Part shown: positions 23,310 to 37,134 of the stretch, piece by piece
Layout: each line of letters opens with the position of its first letter
Numbering within the stretch: position 1 is the first letter of the stretch
Source of the DNA: Calcarisporiella thermophila CBS 279.70
Lineage: Eukaryota; Fungi; Calcarisporiellomycota
Length of the DNA stretch: 64,000 bases
Direction of reading: 5' to 3'
Assembly (NCBI RefSeq): GCF_041956535.1
Contig: NW_027192214.1
Coordinates: forward strand, 97,687 to 161,686
Made by a program: the position numbers and the translations under genes
Notes under the pieces: generated by a model
Databases searched by the model: none
What the model was told of the DNA's origin: nothing
Seen by the model: the letters and a program-made list of their open reading frames with translations, nothing else

Positions 23310-23738
23310 TTATGGGAACCAAAAACGAGATTTTTTCTTGAATTCTGTCCCATTCTTTGATTTCTTTCCCTCAAAAGCACATGCTTCCTGAGAACCATCG
23401 GGATGCATGCGCATCGCACTGCCTTGCATGTAGACTTCAGAAGTCACATTTTGAGGTGTCTGGACATAGGGTTGCTGTGTAGGATAGGTACCTTGGGGCA
23501 TGTAAAGGGGCTGGTAATAATTCATATACTGAGCGTGAATAAACTGCTCTTGAGGGTGTGGCACCGAGGGAGCAAAAGTTGGAGCGGGAGGAGGTGGGGG
23601 GGACATGGGGGGTGGGGGTGGAGGGGGAGGTGGGGGGTAATAGGCAGAAGGATATCCGAAGTAGTATGGGCAATTCATCTGAGCCGATGCTACTGAACAC
23701 TCAGGGCATTGGGCCCAAAAATATCCATGGCAACAATA
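23310..23738 (-). CDS. Possible small Cys/Pro/Tyr/Gln-rich orphan protein
   Basis: Open frame MYCCHG...CPEC...poly-P...KKKSRFWFP; no recognisable domain. Confidence 0.3.
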   Translation of the reverse strand, partial: YCCHGYFWAQCPECSVASAQMNCPYYFGYPSAYYPPPPPPPPPPMSPPPPPAPTFAPSVPHPQEQFIHAQYMNYYQPLYMPQGTYPTQQPYVQTPQNVTSEVYMQGSAMRMHPDGSQEACAFEGKKSKNGTEFKKKSRFWFP

Positions 23739-24587
23739 CATTGGCAACGGGTTCCACTAGGATTTCGGGGGCAGGGAAAGCGGTGCAAAAACTCAATGCT
23801 TTGTTGGCCCAGAGGTAGCCAATTCGAATACCTGTGGTTTATATGTGTGTTGAAAGAAAGTTCAAGAGCCTAACCTTAGCCCGGTTTTTTGTTTTAAAAT
23901 GAAAAACTTGGGCATTCTAGATATCAGCGCTCCTCCAGAAGTTGGCGGGGCCATTCTTTGTGATAAAGCGGAAATTCTTAGTAACACTTGGCCCAAAGCA
24001 GGTTATCCACCAGGAAGGTCCATTTTGCACAATTCTTCAAGCCTAGTTAGAACCAAACTCTATGTACTCGGTTGCTGCCTTGTTACATTCTCCAGTTTCT
24101 TTCAAAAAGCACGCGTTTTGTCTGTTCAAGTGGTTGGGGCCGTTGGCGGGATAAAATGAAGCACAGCCTCTATTTTCTTGTTGGTAGGTTAGCTTTCATG
24201 CTCAGGGTACAATAATCCAGCTGGGGTGCTTTTACAGGACGTAATGGCAGCAGGTATGGAAGAGTCTTTGTATTAGAGTCAGGAATGGGGAAGAAAGAAA
24301 TTAAAAACAAAAGAGAATAGTGAAAGGAAGACAATGAAAAAAAAAAAAAACAGCGAGTGAAGCAAGAAGATTATCCACAAAAAAAAAAAGATGATAATTA
24401 TATATAAGTATTTATAACAACATCAATGAAAGATTTTGTCTAAAGAATATACATCCCGCCCTTCCATTTTCCCTTAATCTGTCAAGAAAAAAAAATAAGA
24501 AGAATAGTAGTAGTAGTAATAAGATTATATATACTGCTGTATTTAACAAAAGTCTTATTCCCCCCCCCCCTCATATGAATCGATAAC

Positions 24588-27500
24588 TTAGAATGTTTCA
24601 TCCCAGTTGGGGCAGTCTGCCGTCTCGTGGAGGCCAAATTGTTCACAGTTTGCGCAATACTGGAAGCGGAAAAGAACACACAAGATTAGCATCCCTATTT
24701 AGCGGACCAGTACTCTCCAATGACTTACCATTTGCTCGTTCTTGGCGGCAGCGTCCCAGCTGCCAGTGTCTCCTCGTCTCTCAAACACGGCTTTGCACGT
24801 GACGATGTCATGCCCGACCACCTCGCAGATATCACAGTAGAGCTCCTTACCATCGTAGCCATCCTCCTCCAGCTGTTGTCTTCGTGCGGCCGCCACCGCA
24901 GCAGCGGCCCGACCTGCTCTCGTTTCTGCCCTTGGCTCTCCCTCGTCCCCACTCCCAAGCATCTTGGTCATGCTCAGCTCCTCCCTCAACCGCTCCACAG
25001 CCTTCCTCTCCCTCTCAAGCATCTCCTCCAATTCGGCCTCCCGGAAGATCTTGTTTTCGACCAGGGTCTCGAGCTCCGCCACGTCCTTATTCAGCGCGTT
25101 AATCTCCCGCTGCTTTGCCTTCTCAAGCTCCGCTAACTTGGCCCGAAGCTCACGGGCCTCCTGCGCGTGTTGGCGACGAAGTTGATCAAGCGCAAGCTGC
25201 TTTTCCGCCAACTGGCTGCTGAGCCGCGCCTCATTCTCCGTTTGCTCCCCGGTCCCGCCTCCCGTGCTCTCTCCCCCTTGGCCCCCATTCACTCCGGACC
25301 CGCGCTTTTCTCCGCGCATATTCTCCGCATGCAGCTTCTCTACCTCCTCCATCAAGTCGACCAGCTCCTGCTCCATCTTCTTCTGGCTCTCCACCAGCTT
25401 CTCCTTCTCGCTCGACAGCTTCCTGCACTCCTGGGCGCTCACCGAATTTTCTCGCTGCAATTCGTGCACCAGGTGTTTCAGTCCCGAAATCTTCTCCTCT
25501 TGCGCGGCAACCCGCTCGATCAACTCTTTCTCGCGCTGGCCAGTCTCCCCCCCATGTGCATCCCGCTCCATTTCTCGCTCCAAATCCTGTTGGAGCTGCT
25601 CCATCTGAACGAGGAGCCGCGTCTTTTCCGCCCCCAGCTCCTCGAACGTGGTGGTGAGGGTCGAGATTTGCTCAAGCAGCTTCGCACGCTCCTGCTCAAC
25701 CTCATTGTGTTTCGCCGCCGCCTCACTAGCGCTTCGCTCCAGGCTTTTGACGCTCTCGGCAAGTCGCTCTTTGTCACGCGCGAGAATCTCGGCCCTCTTC
25801 CTCTCCTCGTCAAGGGCCTCCACGAGCCGCCTCTTCTCGTTCTCAAAGAGCTCCTTAAGGTGTTCCTCGCCTGCCGCCATGGCATTTGCCTTGACCACCT
25901 GGTCCAGCTCTGCCCGTAGCGCCCGCAGGCCACCTTGCTCTCGAGCAAGCGCCGCCTCTGCGTTCTCCTTGTCCCGTTTGAGCTCCTCGACCGCGTCTAG
26001 GGCCTCCTCTCCCACCTTACGCAACTCCTCCACCTCCGCCTCAAGCTCGGCAACCCGTTCTTCACGCTCGACCAGCAGGCGGTGCAGCTCGTCCGCCTCT
26101 GCTTGGCGGCGCGCCATGGCAGTCTCGTGCAACTCCAGTGACTCCTGACCCGCCCGCTTCATGTCCTGCAGCATCGATTCCAGCGACGCAACCCGTGCGT
26201 CGTACTCGGCGATGGCCTCTCGCCCTGCGGTGTGAAGTTCCGCAAGTTGTTTTTGGAGGGAAGCATTCGCGTTCCTAAGCTCATCGAGCTCGCGGGTCTT
26301 GCCCTCCAGCTGTCGCTCTAGCACCTCGTCTCCCTTTCCAGCGTCACCCTCGTCACCGGCCCCTTCGTCCTTTTGGCGAGGCGCAGATCCGGCCGCCTCT
26401 GTGGGAGCGTCTTTTCTCTGCTGTAGACGAGCAACCTCCACCTCCAGTTGTCTGACTTGCTCCTCCTTCACGTGCAAAAGCTCGGTGAGTTCCAAGATTT
26501 TTTCGCCTCCGTCCTCGGACACCAGTATGCTGTGGCGCTCTATCCCGTTCGTCAGCGGGGCCTTCGCTTCGCCCTGGGGGGTTGCGGGGGCCGCCGGTAT
26601 CCCTGGTTTATCGTGGTATTCTGCCAACTTCTTCTCCAGTGATTTGATGCGTTGCAGCATGTCCTCCTGGTTCGCAGCCTGGTCGCCCGCCTCGCCAATG
26701 CCTTCTCGGAGCCTCTGGTTCTCCATCTCGAGCTGCTCCACTCTTTGCTCCAGCTCTCTCTCCTTGTCCCTCTCCTCCTGCTCTCGAAGCGGGTGATGCT
26801 GGGGCGCCGCAAGGGGGGATGAGGGAGTGGGTGAGGTGCTCGGTAGCGACACTCGTCTCAGTCCAGATCCGGCGGCGGCCGCCACTCCTGCCACTGGGGT
26901 TCTTAATCCGGGCGAGAGGCGCCGCATACTCGTGGTGATGGAGCCGGTGGAGGGGCCGGAGATACTCCTGCCCCGACTATCCCCCGCTTTCACTCCCGCC
27001 ACCCCGGCAGCCACTGGGCTTGGGATCCCGACCGGCGAGGCTCCTCGACCCATGGATCCTTTCCGTGGAGTCGCGTAGCGGGGTTGGGTGCCAGGGGGAC
27101 TGGGAGGCGGTATCCCTTGTCCTTCCCCGGCTCTATTTCCGCCCCCCGCTCCCCCACCAAGAGCCGCCATGGCCTCCGCCTTGGCAGCTGCGCGATGTTT
27201 CAGCTGCGTCGCCGTTACGCCTACATAGCGTGCGGCACGAGAGCCGAATCGCGCAGTTGTGGGTGAATCCTCGGAGAAAGAGCGTTTACGAGAGAGAGTG
27301 GGAAGCTTAGTGAGCTTGGAATAAAGGACAAAAAGGCCGGAGTTCGGAGGACAATCGAAATATTTCACCCTAGAGAGAAGCAGAGCAAGAAGGAGAGCGT
27401 CAGAAGTGATGAATCCATATCAGCTGAGTTTGAACACAAGAATAAAACAACTAGAAGGGGAAGTATTAAGGTGTACACAAGGCCAACATGGTAAAAAAAG

Positions 27501-28000
27501 AAAAGGCATAGGATAATAGGAATTGAAGTCTGGATTCGAATGGGGAATAGTTACCCGCTCACGCTTCCATCGTTTTTCCCTTCCCCCTCTTTCAGCTCTA
27601 AACCCGCCCAGGTTCCCGGCTTGAATTGCGTCGTCCCAACGAACCGTAACACCCCCTCTATACCCATGCTCTCCACCATGACTCGGTCTCCTAATCTTAT
27701 CTCTCCATCGTTTTCCCCCAATTTTTCCATATTGTCCGGGCTATCCAAAGTATGACGCTGCTGGTCGCGGCGGAATACACGAGCGGTAGGGCTCTCAGGC
27801 GCACGCACCCAACTCCCAGAGCTGGTGTTGCGACGTGGCGCGGAACCTGTGGATAAGGCAGGGGGGGTGGCTTTACGGAGAGGAGAGTGTGGGGAGCGCT
27901 CTTCAGCACCGGGCGAATGGCTGGTGGTTGGGGATGCGCCGGAGGCGCGTCGATTGGGGGTAGGAATCCCAGAGGATGGTTTAGCGATTCGCGATTGCAT
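24588..28000 (-). CDS. CLIP-170/Bik1/Tip1-like microtubule plus-end protein
   Basis: CAP-Gly (GTWAGLEL...GKNDGSV|KYF), long coiled coil, knuckle CDICEVVGHDIVTC; last exon YCANCEQFGLHETADCPNWDETF* ends in the ETF motif. Confidence 0.93.
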
Positions 28001-29146
28001 AATATATAAATAAGGCTAAATCAGGAGAAATGAAATTCTGCGTTTGAAGCTACTCGAGGAAGGGAAAGTAGATGAGAATCAGAGCCCCTGAGGAAAAGCA
28101 TGGGGAGAGAGCGAGTGGAAACAGAGACATGACCAATCCGAATGCCACTCAACCCTTCCACACGCCAAGCATAGCAAAGGACAGAGATCTTACTGGTTCA
28201 ATCATGTACAAATGGATGCCGGCATTGCAATCAGACCCCCCTCCTTTCACGCGCATGCGCTTAATTCAGTTGCTGCAAACGGATGAGTAGCAAGGCTTTG
28301 ATAGGGAGATAAGGGTTCACAAAATAATCTGCTTATTTGGAATCGTCTGCCTCAAGCTTTGCAGAGACGAGTTCCAATAGATGAGTGAGGCGCAGCAGGC
28401 TCGTGTACCGGCAATCTTAATCCACGCTTCATTTTCCAGCACGAAATTAAAAGTCGGTGGAAATGAGGCGACTAAAAATAGGTGTGCCCTTTTGCCAGTA
28501 TTAGGACTCTGACACCAGCGGAGTGAGAGTCATAAGCTCGAACGCGGGCCCATCTCGACTCGCCTAGTCCCTTTGGCCGCGCACTGGCCAGTAAGCGCAC
28601 GCCCGAGAGCCGTCTTTGCAGTGTTTAATTAATCCCATCGAATATCATCCACGTACCAATATCGATGCAGGATAGCCCAAGTCTCAAGATCTACTTCATA
28701 TTTAATTCTAGGACTAATGGATACGCCCTGTGCTAGCAGGCCATTAAGGAAGAAATGCAAGTTGTCCTCCTCGTCTCGATTAAGATTATCCAAAAATGTA
28801 AATAAGTGCAAACAGAAGGCGATGCAATAAGCGATAAAGAACAGAAGAGAGAAAGTGAAACTCAAAACTAGCGGCAGAAAAAAAAAATAATAAACACATG
28901 CAAAGGGGAAAGGAAGAGAGGAGAGAAAGGAGGGGGAGGGAAAAATTACATACAACTTCAAAAAAAATAGGCGGAAAAAAGCAAAAAAAAAAGACGCAAA
29001 AGCAAAGGAATACTACAAATGAACAAAGACGATGTAAGGCATAGAGAATATAGCTCTGGCTCTGTGATGGCTATGGCTATTTATATGGATATGTAAATAG
29101 AATAAATAGAATATGTATATTGAACACGCATGACCACTCATTTACG

Positions 29147-30501
29147 CTACTCCTTCAGCTCACTCTCACACTTGAGACAACGAGGCTTGCCATCAGCCGA
29201 TTTTGCGGCCGCCTCTTTGACTTTCCGTTTGTCTGAGCGGCGGGGTATCCAGCGGCAGGCTTCGTTCATACACACCATTTGTGTATACATGTACCTGTCA
29301 AGGTGCGGCCAAACGGAAGCAACACCATAGGGAGGGAGGAACTGTTAGAGAAGCAGTGAAGTGCGAACTAGCAGAGTACATACGCAATCCCGTCTTTATT
29401 GCATAGCCGGATCGTATCGCTCCATCCTCGCCGGGTGGGCAGCTGCTCCAAGGACACCCGACAACTCCCGCATCTCTCCCCCTCCTCTCCTGGCACCGTG
29501 CGTTTACGCCCGCGCTTGCAGGGCCTCTTTGGGGTCGGCTCCATCTCGTCCTCCATGGGGTTGACCGCTTCGCTTGCTAACTCCTCCCCTGCCTTCTGTT
29601 CTCCTGCTTTTTTCGCAAAATCCAAGCGCGGCTCTCGAAGTTCTTCGATTTCCTCTAAGGCCCTTTTGAGCCGCCTGCACTCCACCCACTCTTCCATGCG
29701 CTCCTCTAGGCCTTCGTCGCGGCGGTAGTAACCTAGGGCTGGGGGGAAAAGGCTCTCTTCTTCGTCCTCACCAAGATGCACCGGGCTATTGGGAGGCGTG
29801 ATCTCGTTTGATAAATCGCGGTACCGTTCGCACCACTTTTTCTTGGGCACATAGGCAGCGAAGCTGTGTACTTCGTCTTCGGTCGCCCTCTCCTTCCCCT
29901 TACTCGATCCGAGTTGAAAGCTGAGTGGCGATCCATGCGGGGAAGCGCGGGGGGAACCCAGAGGAGGGGTGGGCTGCGAGCCTCTCGGCTGTTGCTCGTA
30001 GCCGCACGCTGTATACCGGTAGGTGGCTGTATAGACGGGGGACGGAGAGGAGGGTTCAAGAGGGGGAGGTTGCCAGTGAGGCGGCTGCGGACCCGATGCA
30101 GAACTGAAAGCGTGAGGCTGCAGGGTAGGCCGGTACTCCGTAGAGTCGACCCACTGTCCGGCGGAGAGGAGCAGATGGATGCCACCCGAGCATTCCTAGA
30201 GAATGGCCAAAATTGGGGATGAATAAGAGCAAAGAAGCACGAAGGTTTTGTGGGTTTCGGGCAAAATGCCTCATAATCACCTCGCTCCAGGAATTGACTC
30301 TACCAGCCAGCGGTAGGTTTTCGATTGACGGTGCGGCAGCCGAGCCATCGACAGGAGGAGGCCTGCAGTAGCGAAAAGCAGGTTAGCAACAAGGTTATAG
30401 TGGTAGAGAGTGAGAGTGAGAGTGAGAGACCGTCTTAGGGCCGGGTTTTTATGAGCATCGGCATAGGCTAAGAGCTCGGATATGGGGGGAAGCCGGTTCA
30501 T
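29147..30501 (-). CDS. ASH1-like GATA-type zinc-finger transcription factor
   Basis: Four predicted exons: MNRLPPISELL...CGSC-x19-CNKDGIA|YMYTQMVCMNEACRWIP...RCLKC, the same layout as the Ash1 C-terminus. Confidence 0.75.
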
Positions 30502-30747
30502 ATCCCAAATCGACGCCAACAATAGAGAGTGCGGAGGGGTAGTATGGGCAGGGGGGAGAGAGGTGAGGTGAGAAGGCAGGTGAGCTATGCTTTTGGTGGT
30601 TGTTTTCGTTAACGGCGGTAGTCGACAGGGAGGAAAGAGAAACTGGAGAAAAGAAGGGCAACGGAAAGGATATAACGACGAAATGGGCCGAAAAAAAAAG
30701 TGGGGAAAAAGAGCGAGCCGCGAAATCCGGTATTAAAATTGTTGATG

Positions 30748-30750
<3 letters not shown>

Positions 30751-30778
<28 letters not shown>
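30751..30778. repeat. (AG)14 microsatellite
   Basis: Direct reading. Confidence 0.95.
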
Positions 30779-30782
<4 letters not shown>

Positions 30783-31678
30783 ACACACAAACTGAAAAAT
30801 AAGGTTAGAATTTCAACAAAGAAATCACGAATTTTCTGGGGAAAGTAGCTTTCTGCATTAGATGTTTGCAGCAAATGCCTCAGGGGGAGGATCTCGCCTA
30901 GACTGGCATCCACTTGCCGCCGACCCAGTCTGGCCTGCAATCCTAGTCAAATTGGGCGGGAACCCTTCCAAGAAATCTATAAAAGTGGGATTCCCCATCC
31001 CCAGCTCGGTGCCAGCACTGTCACGCTGTCTCTGCTCAACGGCGCTCGCAGAAAACGGATGGTAGCAGAGCTGCGGTGGGGAAGACGAGGAACCACTCGC
31101 GGCGCCAAACAACGCTCCATATAAATACAATAACCACCTGTCTGTAACTCACAGGTCAGATCTCCTCTCCCCCTCTCGACTACCCCTCTTTCTTCCTTTT
31201 GCCTTGCCTCGCCGATGCTCGGTGCACAGGGAAAAGGAAGAAAGATCTCTTCCTATTTCCAAAGTGGCCGGCCAGGGATTGAGAAAATAAATCAGAAAAA
31301 TGCGTTCCTTGATCCATGCTGAGGTGAAGCCGAATTTGATAGGGTGTCGACCTGCTAAGTTTGGATGGATGGGGGATTACTTTGATTTGCATAGGGTCCA
31401 CAGCCCCAACCCTTTCCAGCGTGACTTTTGAAAAATTGATGTGGCTTGTCAAGTGATGTCACACAGTGACGCAAGAGTCAACAAGGTGTAGGAATAATTT
31501 TGACCGGGAGCCCGTCGTTTTTTTTTTTTTTTTTTCATCGCGACTCTTATCCATCTGCCTTTGATTTTATACTATTTCTTTTTTCTCGTGTTCAGGAGTG
31601 CATACTATTTCCAGTTTTTCTTCAGAAAGAGATACGCATCCCTGTTTGCAAGCATCTTAATTGCAAATCTCAAAAGCT

Positions 31679-33766
31679 ATGTCGGACACACAACCCGAGA
31701 CGAACAGCAATCATAAATACGGCCCGGGTCAGATCGTTCTTGCAAAGCTGCGGGGATATCCTTGGTGGCCTGCAAAGGTAGGATGCGGGAACACGGATCT
31801 TCGACGTGTCTCTTGTTTCGATGCTCACTTTTGTTTTTATTTATGGCTCCAAAGATTCAAGATGAGGGCGAAGTTCCCAAGCGGGTCTTGAAGCAGAAGC
31901 CCAAAGATGCCAAGCTATACACGGCCTTCTTTTTTGGATCCCTGGACTAGTAAGCAGATATTTTTATTTTGGATCGCCTTTTGCTTCTGATGCCTTATCA
32001 GTGTGCCATTCCACTCACTCATGTCTCTCCATTATTAGCGGATTTTTCTCACGGGACCAGCTGCGACCGTTTGATGCCGCGGAGGAGGAGAAAAAATTGA
32101 ACGCCAAAGTTTATAAGAAGAATCAATTGCTCGAAAAATCGTTCCGGCAGGCACTAGATCCAGAACTCTTCCAGAAAGAATGGGAGAAGGTGCTGGAGAG
32201 AGAAAAGAAATACGAAGAGGAAGGGGAGGAGGATGAGGAGGAGGAGGAGGAGGAGGAGGAGATGCAGGAGGAGGATGGGGGAAGAGATATGGATTTCGAG
32301 GAGGATGAAGATACCGTGAAGAAACGCAAACGGGATCGGCTTAATAAGCTGGCTTCGCGGCGGCGCACGGAAGCCGCCGAAGAGGAGGAGGAGGAAGAGG
32401 AAACAAAGACCCCGAAGCGTCGGGCGAGTCGAGGCAAGGCAGAGAGCGCGGGGCGCACTTCGTCAGCGAAGAAGAGGCAGCGACAGATTGTAGATTCCGA
32501 AGAAGAGCAAGAAGAGGCCACACCCAAGAATAAACGTGTATGTTGCTTTCATCAACCATGTTTATTCTGGTTCTTTATTGTGAAGGGAATAATTTTTCAC
32601 AAACGATTTTAATTTTTGGTTTTCCTCGCTTATAGCGCAAGTCAACTTCGACCTCATCCGCAAGCCGCTCATCAAGGAAAAACGAAGCCACTCCCGACGA
32701 AAGCCCAGCAGAACCTAAATCCTCGGCCAAGAAGGACATGGCGGTTCAAGAGGAAACCCCCAAAGAGCGGCTTCTCCGACTCCGACACCGGTTGCAGAAG
32801 TTTGTGTTCAAGGATTCGGTAGGGCGGATAGGATTGGTCTTCCAATGTATGTTCATGGGTATCTAATCATGCTGCCTCATGTTGACAGGATAAGAGGGAG
32901 CCCGACGATTTTGTTGCGATGGATAATGCCCTCAAGAAAGTGGAAAAATTCGAAATTGATCTCGACATGCTAAGGGTAAAAGAGGAATCTTCTTCCTTCC
33001 TGTTCATCTCTGGTGCTAACACATCCATTGACCTTCCACTCCCCCCCCCCCCTCCCCCGAATAGGAAACTAAAATCGGCAAAGTGGTGAAGCGCATGTGC
33101 AGCCTCGATTTCGGCCCCGACGACAAGTTCAATCTAAATGCTCGCTCCAAAGTATTACTTGCCTCGTGGAAGGAGATGCTTGGTCGAGCGGAGGCGGAGA
33201 AGAAGCCAGAGAGCAATTTGGAAGAGAAGACACGGGAGGGGAGTACGGAGAACGGGAACGGACCGATAGCCAAGGAGGAGGTGCCGAAGGAGGAAGGAGC
33301 GGCAGAAGAGAAAGAGGAGTCCGAGGAAGTCAAGCCTGGGGGACAGGAGACCAAGATGGAGGTAGATGGGCAGCCGGCCAGCGTTGATGACCAAGCCTCT
33401 GCGGAGGCCAAGGCCAAGACGGTGCCTCCCGAACCTGCCCACGCGAGGGATTCGTTGACAGGATTGAACTCGGAAGCGTCGCAGAAGCCGACGGCAGAGC
33501 CTATGGCCGCATCTAACCCTGCCGTACCAGAGAACCAGGCCGTTGTCGAAACTCCATCCGAATCCAACCCACCTAACGAGAAGAATGAAGCACAGCCACG
33601 ATTTGTCTCAGTAGACGACCCCAAAGCACACGAAGGGGGAGGCCCGCCCCAGAACGAGAGCGCAGGGCTAGAGACACATAAGCCCAAAGAATTGGAGACT
33701 CAGCCGCCGCTCCCAAAGCAGGAGACTGCGCAGACGAACGGCTCTACGGAATTGCGAGAGGACTGA
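31679..33766 (+). CDS. PWWP-domain chromatin protein (Pdp3/LEDGF-like architecture)
   Basis: VLAKLRGYPWWPAK; acidic/basic linker; LLRLRHRLQK...LR|ETKIGKVVKR helical domain; five introns. Confidence 0.9.
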
Positions 33767-36232
33767 GCCCCTTGCATTTGCCCTGAGCTACCCGTGACTT
33801 GGCATGAACTGAATATGATTTCTAGCGTTGTAACAATGTGAGGTTTAAAAAATGGCTATAGTTTTTTTTTTTCTTATAGTTTAGGTAGGCACTCTTTTCT
33901 CTTATTTCTTTCTACACCCTTTTGTGTAAGCTTTTCTCCTTTTTTTTGTGAATGTTTCTTCTTTTTCTTCTTCTTCTTCTTTCTCCTTTATATATAAAGT
34001 TTCATTCTTCCTCTTCTCCCTTCTCCACCTCCACCTATTCCTCCTTCTTTGCTCCCTTGATTCTTCTTCTCACCCACCATTTTAACCGAAATTGTTAAAT
34101 GTACGAAAAAAACACCATTCTCTTTTCCCTTCCCCTTCCCCTTCCCCCCTCCCTCTCTTCCTCCCGTCACCTTTAATATTACTAACGTTGCAGGCTTCTC
34201 ATGATTATTTCTTTTTTATTAATGAAACCGTCCCTATCGCTTTTTTCTCTTAACGTTCCAGCTCTCTTATTTTTGCTACGTGTGCTACGAGGACATAATA
34301 ATATGTTATAGTTTGAAGTTTCATCCGGATCCACATATGAACTTGAGAGATTCCTTTGCGGGAATAACCGCCGCATTCTCTGCCGAGGATGGGAGAGACC
34401 TACCTCGTAGGGTAAGAGAGGAAAAGGCAGGCGTAACACCATAAGCGGCAATTTCTCCAGTTGGTATGCAGAGAGATGAAGCGAAGAGCTGAGGCCAGCT
34501 CTGCCTGAATTGGGACGGATAAATCCAATTTCCGACTGTGATCTGTGCGATAGGGGCAAGAGGGGGAGAGGGGTTCCCAACGCGGACGCGGCCGCGGCAC
34601 AAGCCTGAATCCACGGCCGCTGGAGCAGGCGCTAGCGGATGCGAAGACGGCCAGCCGCTCGGCTAACCTCTACTGCCGGCGCAGAAGCAAAGGGATGGGC
34701 CGGCGGTGGAGCCGGCCACGAAAATCGCCAAATTGCTTTGGCCCAGTGATGTGTATGGCACAGCTTCCTCCATGGCCTGGGCGCACAATCCAATCGCTCC
34801 GAGCATGGTGAAAGGTCGCCTATGGAGGCGCGTTGGCCGTGGTTCCAATTCGGTCGGGACCCTCGTTTGGCTCACTCGAGCCGCAATCCCGAGGTGATTT
34901 CCACAATGCTTCTGGCTGCCGAGGTTTGAGTTTGCGTGATCCACTAGCAGGGGGCGAGGGGGAGAAGGAGGCCAATTTCCCGAACTCTCATGCGAATCTG
35001 ACTCCGCAGGTTTCTCTTTAGATAAGCGTGCGGGGTAGCATCTGGGGAGGGGACGGAGGAGGGGGGGGCGGGCGGCGGCGGGGATGACGAGAGGAGCTCC
35101 CTGCTATCCTGCTTGCGAGAGAGGCCCGTAGCCCTGCGGCCGACTCCTGCTGAATCAGGAATTTCACGTGGCCGCCCCCTCTCGAGAAGCAAAGCTAAAC
35201 TGGGCATCGGCCGCCGAGCCAAGGGCAGGCCAACCCCCCGCCGCCTCGCGGTGCTTAGTGATAAACTTAATCTTGAGCAAAAGCCGCAGATGGTTTGGTG
35301 TGTCTCCTCAACAAACTTTGACACGATGATTCAGAGGTTTCTGCCCACTCGAGAGGAGCGGATTGCCGTGGTTGAGCGAGAACGACGAGAAGGAGACCTA
35401 GGGTGCCCTCCCAGGGTGAAACCTGGGGTTAGGCAATGGCTTTTCATATGCCAAACACCCTACTGTCATTTCAGATAGCTTTTTTCTCATGTGGGAAAGC
35501 GTGACGTCAGCAAGGGGGGCATGGGGGGCCAAATGAGGACTGGAAAGCTGACATGGGCGCAGGAAAAAACGGCGCCGGAGACTGGCGCTGTGCGGGGGTG
35601 CGGCACGGACGGCGTCGGCCAGGCTGCTGCTGCCGCCGCCGCCGCCCATCACTCGATGCCGATGGAGGGGGGGCGGGGGGGCGGGCGATGCCGGAGGTTG
35701 CAGGTCTCCAAATTGGCTAAGGAAAAAAATGCAAGACCTCCAAGCCACCAGTGTCTCTAGTCCAAAAGGAGGGGGTGTCAACGTAATCGTGTATAAAAAA
35801 ATCCCTCCCAAAAAAACTTCAAATTACTCTTCGCTCAAAAAGGGTGAGTGTTCGTTGTTAAAAAGGAAGGTGAGAAGAAGTCGTTTGAATCTTCCATATC
35901 TCCATTTGCATGTGAGTTGCGAGCTGGATCCCCCGTTGCCGCGGCTCCAGCATTCCCCCCGCCGTGCCTTAATCATTCCCCCATTCCCCCCATCGAGCCC
36001 TGGCTCTCGTCCATTGTTTTCCCTTTTTTATTTTTCTTTCCTCTGTTGCAATGGCTTAACCCACATTTTATTTCCATATCATGCCGTCTGCTTTATCTAC
36101 GTTTTTTCTCTCCTTTTCTTCCTCTGTGGTGATTCAAAAATAACAGCCTACTGATCCTCGCCTTTTTTCTCCCCCTTCCCCCTTGTTTATTATAGACTCT
36201 TGCTTCGCACCAATACAAATATCAGCACAGCC

Positions 36233-37134
36233 ATGAGTCAACGGAATATCGACGGTGTTCCTGGCCAGGCGGCCTTCTCCGCCTCCGGCCTGGCGGACGA
36301 CCCGCGCGGGGCCAAACGCGAGCATGAGGATATCGTCGAGGCGGGCTCCGACTCGGACGACGACGACGAGCGCCCAAAGGGCGCTAAGCGCACATCCATG
36401 GGCCGCCGAAAGATCCGGATCGAGTACATTGAGGGTGAGTCATTTAATTTTCCGAGCGAGATCATGCGATTTCTCCTCGCGGGCGACTAATCTCGTGCTT
36501 TGGCCTGCCAGATAAAAACCGCCGGCACATCACCTTTAGTAAGCGCAAGGCGGGGATCATGAAAAAGGCCTACGAACTCTCCACCCTGACGGGCACCCAG
36601 GTGCTGCTCTTGGTGGTGTCCGAGACGGGTCTCGTGTACACCTTCACCACCCCCAAGCTGCAGCCCCTGGTCACGAAGCCCGAGGGCAAGAATCTGATTC
36701 AGGCATGCCTCAACGCCCCCGATCCCGCCTCCTCCTCCATGTCCATGTCCTCGCAGCAGCAGGACCGCTCGCCGCCCTCGCGGCAGGCCGGCGCCTACGG
36801 CTCCGCCGAGGCCGGCGACAGCCTCTACAATGCTGCGGCCGCGCAGGACGACCGCCGCCAGCAGGTCCAGCCGCCCCCCGCCCAGATGCCCCAGCAGGGT
36901 TCGGCCCCCCCGTCCAGTACCTATCTCTCGTCCATGGGCTCCTACGCCCACGCTGGCTACGCCCCCATGCCTGGCATGCCCGCCAACGTCGCACAGCAGT
37001 ACCTCAGCTCGGCACAGTACCCGCCCTACCCCGCCTCCTCCGCACAGCCCTCCCTATACGGGCAGGGCACAGGGCAGTATCCGCCCTCCCACACCTATTG
37101 GGGGGTGGAGTCGAATGGGGCGCAGAAGAAGTAG
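36233..37134 (+). CDS. MCM1: SRF-type MADS-box transcription factor
   Basis: GRRKIRIEYIE|DKNRRHITFSKRKAGIMKKAYELSTLTGTQVLLLVVSETGLVYTF...GKNLIQACLNAP; intron 36435-36511. Confidence 0.95.

Noticed and set aside
34182-36154. Many short ORFs upstream of MCM1
   Set aside because: GC-rich promoter/5'-UTR-like sequence with no domain similarity or coherent exon structure.
29147-37134. ASH1-like gene near MCM1 as a mating-type regulatory cluster
   Set aside because: No HMG, homeodomain or pheromone genes are present; the link is only by analogy to budding yeast.
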